The translations under genes and the position numbers were made by a program. 64,000 nucleotides of DNA from the NCBI RefSeq assembly GCF_006345805.1, contig NC_042998.1, positions 122,946,001 to 123,010,000 on the forward strand, written 5' to 3'. Below the pieces are notes generated by a model, which saw only the letters and a list, made by a program, of their open reading frames with translations, did no database searches and was not told where the DNA came from. Shown one piece after another: positions 52,916-64,000 of the stretch (its first letter is position 1; every line of letters begins with the position of its first letter). This DNA is from Octopus sinensis (taxonomy: Eukaryota).

Positions 52916-53720
52916 ACCTGAATGCTATTTATTATAAGCCCATTATATTTCTGTAAATATATTTACGTATATATTATGTAGCAATTCATAATCTGTATTA
53001 TTGCGTCTATTATTTCTTGCGTATAAAAAGTATCATAAAATATTCAGGGGTGGATATTATTATACAACATCAGAAGGAAATAAATATATATCACATTCAT
53101 TTTTGCTAACCAGCATGAATTAATTAATACAAAGCATACATGTCACTCCCGTTCTTTCCTAGATGGTGTATTTTTTAGTTGATGTTAAATTTTTGCTTAG
53201 TGATATCAATAGAACAATTAGGGCGAACTCCTGCGCATGTTCAGCATATAACTCAGTGGCAAAATGAATATTGGTGATGAAATCGAAAAGAGCTTTGAAC
53301 AATCTAGAATCTGATATTTGAAGACCACATAATTGTAAATATTTCCAATAGCGCTGTCAAGAACGTCTGCCTGGTAATTTCCTAATGGCTGCTTTGATGA
53401 AATTATACCTATCACTAATGAATCCCTAGAAGAGTAAGACAGAAATAAAGCCTGATTAAACTTCCCATCTCTAATGAAACAGTGCAATCGACATCATGAT
53501 GTAAACAACTGCTTTGATTGTTAGTAGTTTACCTTTAGATACGCTGGACGTCTGTTCTCCTAATGACAACATGTTGCCACTATATTATGTAAAGCTATAC
53601 TAAGATCTAAACTTTGTGTAGTCAATTATATTGTTTTAGTATACGTATATAGACAGTATGCATTTATTCATTCATGCATGTATGTATTTATTTATGCATG
53701 CATGTATGTATGGATGGATG

Positions 53721-53754
<34 letters not shown>

Positions 53755-55269
53755 CGTATGTATGTATGTATGTATGTATGTATGTATGTATGTATGTATG
53801 TATGTATGTATGTATGCATGCTTGCATGTATGTATGTATATATATATGCACGCAGAATGTGATGCAGAGTGAAATTGTTCGGAAGATAATATACGTATGC
53901 AAGAATGTATCTATTTTCTATCTCTTGCTCAATTTATCTTTTGAAGAATTGCATCAATCTGAGTACTAGTTTAAATGTGTGTAACTGCACAAATGCGAAG
54001 ACATGTTTACTGTACCACTGCTCAAACAAGTTACTCTAGATCGTACTTCAGGTGCATGAGGGCAGCATTAAAAGCTGTTACTTAAAGTACATACAGGCAA
54101 AATAAGTAGCATATTCTTCACATACGGAACTTCAAGCATTATATTATTGACAATTTTATCTCAAACACTGAAGTACTGACACACGTACGCACACACACAC
54201 ATACATGTGCGCACACTTACACACACACATCCATCCATATATATATATATATTATATATATAGAGGCACGTATAAATAGATACATAAATATATACATATG
54301 CACACATAAACCTACACGAACAAAAACACATACACACGCACACATGTACATGCATGTATTTCTACTAATTTACACATAAAATAAATAAAAGTGTTTGAAT
54401 ATAGGACATGAGTGAGAAGAAGATGAAGGAGGAACGTAGAAACGAACAAAGTTGTCAAACTTTAATTGTTAAAGAGGTGAACAAACGTTAAGGCAAGACA
54501 AACATCTCAAGTCACATACGTTGTTATTATTGGAAAAATTCAGTCTTACAGTTGTTTCTGGGATATCCTAGAATATGGAATATACCACCATCGGTGACAA
54601 GTAGAAATGAGAGGGCATAGAGTAATGAAATGACGACACAGAGGACAGGAGAAAAGAAATAAAGAGATGAAGAAAGAGAAGAAAAAGGATGTATAAAAGT
54701 TGACTGTTCAAATTTTCGATTATGTAGAAGTAAGTTCGTAAGTCCTGAGGTGCAATCCTGTGTATATCCATATAGGTTAAAGCCATAATAGTGTTAATAT
54801 CCAGAAATAGACGCGAACGTATTAACGTTCAATAATAGAATGGTAGCGGAAGTGGCTATTAAATGGTAGAAAGAAAGGATAAAAAATTAATAGAAAGAGA
54901 GGTAGAGTGTGAGGGAGGAAATTAAGGATTAGCATTAGCATAAAATGAGCTATAATAGACTACAGTGCATGAGAATATTTGTCTCGAATGATGGAATAAC
55001 CCATGCTCTGGGAGATCCCAGAAACAGCTGTAAGACTTTGAATTTTTCTAATAATAATGTTTGTTGTCCTCTTTAACAGTTACATATCCGCTATATCGGA
55101 GATCTACAATGGCTCAATAACTACCATCTCAGGAATAATCTTGGAGCCCTGGTAATCCGTTGCAGCAATTACCTAGCGTACCTAGTCGTTCTGATCACTT
55201 GTGAACTAAACCGCCATAGTTTCAGTACATACATAGATACATACACACACACACACACATATATATATG

Positions 55270-55316
<47 letters not shown>

Positions 55317-55407
55317 ATATATATAATAATAAATATTAGGGAATAAATCCAAATTTACAGGGAAAAAAATCAGATTTAGGATTAAATCCAATTTTATAGT
55401 AAAATAT

Positions 55408-55592
55408 TATAAAATATTATTAGAGACAAAACCACTATTTTGCAAAACAACAAGGAAAGACTTAATCAATACATAAAATTTTAATAAATAGTCAAAAAAA
55501 CCGCCACTATTTTTTGACTATTTATTAAAATTTTATGTATTGATTAAGTCTTTCCTTGTTTGTTTTGCAAAATAGTGGTTTTGTCTCTAATA

Positions 55593-55602
<10 letters not shown>
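55408..55602. repeat. Near-perfect inverted repeat (~92-bp arms, 10-nt spacer)
   Basis: 55408-55499 is the reverse complement of 55510-55602 apart from one extra base. The spacer is ACCGCCACTA. Confidence 0.95.
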
Positions 55603-55652
<50 letters not shown>

Positions 55653-55867
55653 CAACAATTGAGGGTAAAATGAATTAATTAATCAATTTCACCAAGTGTT
55701 CAGTATGTAAAAGGACCATTTAAGTATGTTTCAGTATGTAAAAGAACCATTTATTTTGAATATTTATATATATATATATATATACGTATATATATATATA
55801 CATCACCAAACAGTAAATTGTAAATCCCTTGGAATATAGTGACATTCATATGTAAACCAGGATCTAT

Positions 55868-55982
<115 letters not shown>

Positions 55983-56125
55983 ACTATCTATCTATCTATA
56001 TATCTATCTATCTATGTGTACATTTCGTATGTAGGTATATGTGTATTCATGCAAGCATGTTTCCAAATATATATATACATATACATATATATTATATATA
56101 TATTATATATATATATATATATATA

Positions 56126-56182
<57 letters not shown>

Positions 56183-56622
56183 TGTGTGTGTGTGTTGTGT
56201 GTGTGTGTGTAAGTGTGTGTGTAAGTGTGTGCGTATGTGTGCGTGTGTGTAATATAAAGAAATGGAGTGTGTGAAGACAGAGAATCAATTTATTTACATA
56301 ATAGTAGTGACATTTATGTCGCCTACGAATGTTTCAATACCTACATTCGTTCATATTCTACAACAACATTGCTTCATGAATTTAAAAGGTAAAATTTTCT
56401 TCAGCGTAGTATAAACATAAATTCATTTACATCCTAAAAGATGGCGAGTTCCTTACAGTTTTTTAAATATTATATTACTAAAATTCTGTTCTCCTATATT
56501 GGATAGATTAAAATATCTATAACACAAATTAACAATTTGGAGGAAAATTGATTGATATGGAGCTAAACGCTTGGATGAAATGCATCCCTGTTGAAGAGCA
56601 ACTTCTTTTCATTCTTCCATTC

Positions 56623-56686
<64 letters not shown>

Positions 56687-57176
56687 GAGGTAATTTTGAC
56701 ATCCACCTTAACATGGAGGTTGTGTTGGAGTTACTTTATCTTGAGTGTGTTTTATCTCTCATAAGGAGTCGTGTTGCATAAGAGCACTGCAAATTAAATC
56801 GTTTGCTGACAGGAACTGTCTGCTACAGCCACCGAAAGAACCATGTCACGTGATTTCACCCTGCTATGCGTTTCCCCGTGACAGATGTCCAGCAGAGCGT
56901 TAGTTGCCGAATCTACCGTCAACCACATATAGAGTCTCAGTATCATGTCAGACACTGGTGTCGTACATAGCCAGTGGCCTTATTAAAAAATAATTAAGAC
57001 CAACAAAAGTGGTATTAATATCAAAATGCAGCATTGATCTCCAACTGAACGTGGCTGGTGTATTTGTAGACTGAACAACACGGCATTATTTTCTTTGAGA
57101 GGATCCCCACGTGAAGTTGGAAATGAAGATTACATATTGATATTAATACTGCTTCCGTTGCTATTAATTATATCAT

Positions 57177-57219
<43 letters not shown>

Positions 57220-57221
57220 TT

Positions 57222-57441
57222 CTTTATTGCCCACAAGGGGCTAAACATAGAGGGGACAAACAAGGACAGACAGAGAGATTAAGTCGATTACATCGACCCC
57301 AGTGCATAGCTGGTACTTAATTTATCGACCCTGAAAGGATGAAAGGTAAAGTCGACCTCGGCGGAATTTGAACTCTGAGCGTAACGACATACGAAATACC
57401 GCTAAGCATTCTGCCCGGCGCGATAACGTTTCTGCCATCTA
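57222..57441 (-). mobile_element. tRNA-type SINE, family 2
   Basis: Reverse complement of the family-2 body and tail. Confidence 0.85.
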
Positions 57442-57489
57442 CATATATATATATATTATATATATATATATATTATATATATATATATA

Positions 57490-57652
57490 TGACACGAGCT
57501 ACTTTCACTTTCTGTCTACTAAATCGACTCACAAGGCTTTGGTTTGTTTGCTCGAAGCTGTATTAGAAGACACTTGCGTAAGATGCTACGCAGTCAGACT
57601 GAACCCTGAACCATGTAATTGGGAAGCAAACTTCTTACCACACAGCCACGCC
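57490..57652 (-). mobile_element. tRNA-type SINE family 1, head
   Basis: Minus strand GGCGTGGCTGTGTGGTAAGAAGTTTGCTTCCC..GGTTCAGTCTG. Confidence 0.8.
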
Positions 57653-57659
57653 TATGTAA

Positions 57660-57750
<91 letters not shown>

Positions 57751-58902
57751 GGGGGGCGAGCGTACACACAGAGGCGTATATGATGAATGCAAGAATGAGG
57801 ATATTGGTTTCGCATTTATTATAATCTTTTCAATAACTGATGGGTTAGTTAAGTCACTTAACATGCTGGAATGACTCTAAATAATGATTATGTAATTTCA
57901 TACTATATTAAATGGAACCAGGTTCTATCATCTCATCACGATCTCGCAAAAGATGCAATATACTTACCTTGGATGAGTACCCTTATAAATATAATAAATG
58001 GGAGTGACTTTGAGTATCGCAGTTAGAAATTAATCATTTTGACGAGAAATTCTCTATAGGTACAGAGTACGTTGAACCAAGTATAGTGGATCTTTTATTT
58101 TGCGAGATAAATCAATTGAGGACAAGGCAGACCAAATTGGGTGAGAAAAGTGGTATGTAATGCAAATAGCTGCGTGATTAGAGAGAGGGAAAGTGTGAGA
58201 GAGAGAGAGAGAGAGAGACGGACAGAGAGAGTTAAATTTGCATATCACAAATTCTTGGCTTAATAAATAAATTACGTGTTCGTTGACAATGTTTCGTTTC
58301 AATGCTAATTACCTGCTTCAAATGCATCAATAGATTTTAGCCCAAATAGCACTCACGGTTAAAATCTGAGCGTGGGATTGGATTTAATCTGTTTAATCCT
58401 GCTTTTCTTAGCCACACAGGTTTTGTAAACACAGACGTGACATTTGCGTCACTCAGTTACATACAGTTTTTACTAAATCAACAAATCCTGCAGTTCAGTA
58501 TAGCATTAAAGTAAAACACGATGTATACCTTAGTAATTTATTCATTGAAATAGCAACCACCACTCTGTTAAGTATGCAGTTCGATCTCATCGATATCCGA
58601 TTTACTTAAATCTTTGTAATATTAGGTTCATAAGCTGTGTATGCCTGCATAATTAAAGACGGTAATTACTCATTGATGGTAGCCATATTAGAACTATTCT
58701 GGCTAATCCCTCTTTTACTCTTTACAATGTTATCGTATGCTAAGCGTAGTTGTTTACATTTGTCTATTATATACAACATTCACAAAATTTTACAGTCCTA
58801 TTCCGAAGCAATAATTCATTTATACATGGGTATACGTTTATATGTATGTATGTATGTATATTGTTGTATTTAGGAATGGTCATTTTGCCAGTTTAGCCAA
58901 TG

Positions 58903-58937
<35 letters not shown>

Positions 58938-58945
58938 CCTACACA

Positions 58946-59021
<76 letters not shown>

Positions 59022-60993
59022 ATGGACTCTAGGAAGGCAGTACAACTTCATCTCTTATATCATATTTTTATAAACTTTGTCATATATCTCACGGAGGATA
59101 GCAAGCTGCACAGAATTACTATAGCTTTGGTCAAATAGTTTTGCGTATTTCTTCCGACTCACTATGTTTTTAGTTAAAAAATCTCCTAGGATCAACTTGT
59201 CTTCCCTCCCTCCGGAGTTGATAAAATATATTTACAGTGAATTTCATGGATTGATGGCATCGCTTAATATCAATCCATCAAAAATTCGAAAACATATATC
59301 GTAATAACTCACATCTGTTTATTATATTCTAAGTCATTAGTTTAGATTGCTTCGTCGTCGGTAAGAAAAAAAACCCGACGGTATTAAATGTTTATATACT
59401 GTGTTTATTGAAAAAGAAAGAATCAATCTGCTACGGGTGTTTGGGGAAATGAGTTAACATCACTGCCAAATATCTTTACTTACCACTTTTTTCCGTTCAA
59501 GAACGGTTCCCTTCAAAGAACTGACGCTACTTGTTTATACAATAAACCCATCTGACATTTTTAACATACTTTTACAGGTGGCGAGCGAAAGAAATAAACA
59601 CTATCTGGTCTCACTCAACCCAGATAGTTACATTGTTCTCTCAAATTAGTCTCTGTTATCTGGCATAGAGAAATCTGGGATATTCTATTTTCGAAACATA
59701 ATTACAAAAAAAAAGAAAAAGAAAAAGAAAAACGCTGGTCTAGTCTAGAATAATTTTGGCCATGGTTCTGGCCGACCAGGGCAGACTCGGAGATGAACAA
59801 CAACAACAGCAACATTTACAGAATTTTATTTTTGAGTCAAGAACTTATGATGCATGCAATTTATCTCTGTCCTCTGTAATGGCAACTACTGTGACATTTT
59901 TTGTGGAGTCACCGAAACATACAGGAAAGAAAGGAAAAAGAAACCACCATTATGGTTTGCTTCAGTATGAAATTGATTCGATTCCTACGAGGCAATAAAC
60001 TGTTTCAAAATGGGCGACGAGTATATTTCGCGATCGTCGTCACGTGTGCTGTGTGCGTTAGGGATGGATTTATGGATGAGTTCATGTAAATGTGTTGTGT
60101 GAATGATCATACGCGAGATCTAAACGATAACATGAAACTAAATATTTACAACAACGATTTTATACATTATTGATTACTCATATTAGTACAAAGATTTAAG
60201 GGACTGCTATTAATAGACAATAGAATTTTACCCGTATATATCCGGAAATATAATAGTGACCGTTTTTCCTCGGAGTACATAAATCAAACTAGACCAAAGA
60301 ATTCATTACAAATTCTTCAGGAAATTTACAAAGATTTCATTCATAAAGAAAAAGGCTACTTGTTTAAACAGTTTACACTAAATTTAGCAGATGAGTGGCG
60401 TGACTGGTAAATAAATTGCTGTTAATCTAGTGCAAAGACTATAGTAATATCTATTTTAGTTTGAATGTAATACCGATCAAGAAACCAGTGAGATAATATA
60501 CTTACTGTTAAACCTGTATATCAAATAATGATTGCTAAAGTTCTTTGACATCAAAGCAAATTTATATTTCTAAACAAACAAGTGTCGCGTGAAATTGTGT
60601 GAAATTTTTCAATTCATGTTTTAATGTTTAGAGGAAGGAAAGCTTTGTCTTTATAAAAACATAATGCACCAGTGAAGTATGTCCAATTTAGTATCTACTA
60701 AACTTATGAACAATATTGATTTTGTTCTTTGATAGTTTTAGTAGCTATAAATGTCAATGTGAAGGAAAATAACTGCCTTCAGGTCGATTGTATAAATTAG
60801 TGCAATTTATTTTTCATTTGTATTGATATAAAGATTGGTTATGCGATTGAAGGAACTCATTACCGCTTCATGTGAAGAACAATTAAACTGCGGAATGTGA
60901 CAGAAAAGAAATATTCAGTGTGACCCTTTTTATCGTATCGACATCCGACACAAAAGTTGACCTAGGTATGACAACATATAGTCACACATACGC

Positions 60994-61056
<63 letters not shown>

Positions 61057-61111
61057 ACTGTCTACCCCTCTATCTATCCATCCATCCATCCATCCACCCA
61101 TCCATCTATCC

Positions 61112-61187
<76 letters not shown>

Positions 61188-61989
61188 GTCTCTATGTATG
61201 TGTGCATGTATGTATATATGTATGTCTGCATGTATGTATATATTTATATATGTGTGTGTGTGAGTGGGCTAGTGTATGTCTACACGTATGTGTGTGTTTG
61301 AGTGTGTGCTATTTAAATTTTTAAGTTTAAGTGTACGTAATATTTAACTTCACGCTTTCCCTATCCAAAGATCAATTGTTTTTTTCTATCTTTGCTTAAT
61401 TTTTTTTTTGCTATTTTATTCAGACACTGTCAAGGTTTATATATATTTTTTTCAGTTTCCTTTCTATTTCATTCTCTATAAGTACTGGATTTTTTACTGT
61501 GTAAATATTGATCTGTGTTTGTCTAGTTAAAAGGTAATATCTCTATCGGAAGGGTATAGTCGATTAAATCAACATTAGTATATCAGTGCTGATGGATTTT
61601 TTATACGAAATGTGGATGAAAGAGAAATTCATCTACAGAAGGATTTGATGTTTATAACTGAAAAATACGAAACTAAATGCTGTAAAACATTGTATATCTT
61701 ACTTTGCAATCTCTGTTTAACCCATTGCTCTTTATGTAACATTAAAAAAAAATTCATATACACACGTAGTAGAATTGAAAAGTAGAAAACCAGTCGATCA
61801 CATGAGTCTCTCTATCTATAGGTTTAACTGATCTATACAGAATTAAATAAAGAGAAATTTGGAGATAGATTTTCCTACTGGGAAAACTAAAACAAAATTT
61901 TGCAAACCAACGAACTACCATCAAATATTTATGACAACGGTGATATATATATATATATATATAATATATATATATATATGTATAAAAAT

Positions 61990-62720
61990 ATCTCAAACGG
62001 TTTAAACAAACACCTTAATGACAGTGTGAAATCTCACCTGACAGAGGAAATCTTCGAGACAGAAAATAAACTCAAAAATCTCGCATGAAAAAGAAAGAGA
62101 AGATAGAAATATAAAAGGAAATCCTAAAGCCTTCTACACGTTGGCAGATGGGTCTCCCTCAGTACGCTATAATATATGGTCACTATTTGGTAAAAACAGC
62201 TCACTAACTGCTGACCCGGGGAAGATAAGTGAAGCACTAAATAAACAATTCGGAAGTGTTTTCACTTCTCCACCGGAAATATGAAAATAAACAAGCCGAA
62301 GGCGTTTTTCAATGTAACGAATCTATTCCGAAAATATACAACCATCAATTACATCAACACAGCAGAAGAGGATGTAATATCGGCCATTGATGAGATGAAC
62401 TCAAACTCAGCAACAGGCCCAGATGAACGTCTGGCTGTTCCCTTAAATACATGTAAAAAGGCTCTTGCAAAGCCACTGCAGATACTATTTCAGAGTTTCC
62501 TTGCATGTAGTAAACTTCCAAAAATGCTATAAGAGGGAATAATATGTCCTGTCCATAAAGGCGGGAGCACAGCAGATGCTAAAAACTACAGGCCCATCTC
62601 TCTGACCTCACATGTTGACAAGACAATGGAACGTTCCTAAATGAAAACAACATTGCTTCCGTCCAGGGAGAAGCTACTTCACACAGTTGCTGCATCACTT
62701 TGACAGGATTCGATTCCAAG
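61990..62720 (+). mobile_element. CR1-type LINE fragment
   Basis: KAFYT, ATGPDE, NYRPISLTSHVDKTMER and FRPGRS. Homologous to ~20200-20880. Confidence 0.8.
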
Positions 62721-62727
62721 CAGTGAT

Positions 62728-62729
<2 letters not shown>

Positions 62730-62786
<57 letters not shown>

Positions 62787-62925
62787 TAATAATAATAATA
62801 TAATATAATAATAATATAATAATAATAATAATAATATAATAATAATAATATAATATAATAATAATAATAATAATAATAATGATGATGATGATAATAATAA
62901 TAATAATAACAACAACAACAACGAC
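62730..62925 (+). repeat. Compound (AAT)n/(GAT)n/(AAC)n microsatellite
   Basis: Direct reading. Confidence 0.97.
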
Positions 62926-62990
62926 ATCAAAACATCAACAACATCGAAAAATACATTAGAAATGAGAAGTCAGGTTCGAAATTTCCCCAA

Positions 62991-63036
62991 GACACCTGAT
63001 GAAAGCTAAAGGGTATATCAGCCGAAACATTGTGTT
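62991..63036 (+). ncRNA. Minimal hammerhead-like motif
   Basis: GACAC-CTGATGA-A-AGCT...AGCC-GAAA-CA-TT-GTGTT. Stem I is ACAC/GTGT, and stem II has one mismatch. Confidence 0.55.
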
Positions 63037-63185
63037 AAAAACAAACAAGATGAGGGCAAATATCAGTCAAATGTAAATGATATAAATAATGTACATAATT
63101 CCTCATCTCTTAAATATAGAACTGAATGGAACGCATTGTCAGAAAAAACCCGATCACGTTCCTAAATGAAAACAACATTATTATT

Positions 63186-63630
63186 GAGTGAGAGAGCAGT
63201 GCTTGCCATCAAAGTGACACTGGGGTAAAATATACGAAGCCCAGTATACCCATCATGATTACCCGTCTGATAAGGGTACACTAGGCATACGCATCACAAC
63301 CATATGAGTGCGAGATGATTATCTCATATCAAGATAAACAGCGCATGACCTTGCAGGTGGGGCCCAGTTAGAATTTTCTTCTGGTCGAGTAGCCCATTCC
63401 ACTCAAAATGTCACTGAATAAGGATTGCTTAAGGATTTTGAACGAACCACCCATGTTTCCAAATGTCAATTATCAAAACCTCTAATAATTCCTTTCAACA
63501 CACTGTTATGATGCATCCCCACTACTTCTGCTCATGATCAGAGATGCACATAGCGTCAGCCACCAAGGGAGTGCTCAACTGGTTAGGGTCAAACAACTGA
63601 CAGGCAAATATGTGGTATTGAGCAGAATTT
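63186..63630 (-). mobile_element. (AAT)n-tailed retroposon, 5'-truncated copy (X3)
   Basis: Reverse complement of ~1350-1793, with a short (TAT)n tail at 63177-63185. Confidence 0.75.
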
Positions 63631-63960
63631 TTGCTTAGCATTGTTTCGCCCGTCGCTCGCTACGTTCTGAGTTCAAATTCCCCTAAGGTCGACTTGGCCT
63701 TTCATCCTTTCGGAGCCGATAACTTAAGTACCAGTGAAACACTATGGTCGATGTAATCGACTAGTACCCTCCCCCAAACTTTCAGGCCTTGTGGCTATAA
63801 TAGAAATGATTATCATTATTATTAAGGCGGCGAGCTGGCAGAATCGGTAGCACTCTGGACAAAATGCTTAGCAGCATTTCGTTTGTCTTTCTGAGTTCAA
63901 ATTCCGCCTAGGTCGTCTTTGCTTTTCATCCTTTCGGGGTCACTAAAATCAGTACATGTC
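63631..63960 (+). mobile_element. Two tandem SINE family 2 copies
   Basis: A headless copy at 63631-63820 and a second head GGCGGCGAGCTGGCAGAATCGGTAGC at ~63826. Confidence 0.85.
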
Positions 63961-64000
63961 ATTCTAAGTACTTCTGTATATATATGTTATACGCACACAT

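Noticed and set aside
53218-53487. 89-aa minus-strand ORF and an overlapping open frame
   Set aside because: No homology recognised and no coherent exon signals.

Overview
AT-rich, microsatellite-saturated eukaryotic DNA. The SINE families and repeat landscape look like an octopus/coleoid cephalopod genome (inference). I could not support any host protein-coding exon. Nearly all long ORFs in the track are translations of simple repeats or fragments of transposon proteins. Main content: (1) 0-9.2 kb is a nest of at least four distinct R4/Dong-type (RT + restriction-like endonuclease, RLE) non-LTR retrotransposon families, plus a ~560-bp (AAT)n-tailed retroposon. Nearly all are bounded by (AAT)n tracts, and orientation flips at ~7,260. 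(2) A fifth R4-type family at 29.2-30.9 kb sits in (CATA)n instead. (3) A Penelope-like element (RT end + GIY-YIG, inverted terminal piece with a hammerhead-ribozyme motif) lies at 48.5-51.0 kb, and several other minimal hammerhead-like motifs are scattered through the window. (4) Decayed Tc1, mariner, hAT, CR1, RTE and Helitron pieces, two MITEs, a near-perfect ~195-bp hairpin and many tRNA-type SINEs. (5) A ~4.4-kb TE-free island (35.3-39.7 kb) has splice signals consistent with two non-coding 5' exons of a minus-strand gene. Boundaries were read by eye and are approximate unless motif positions are given.
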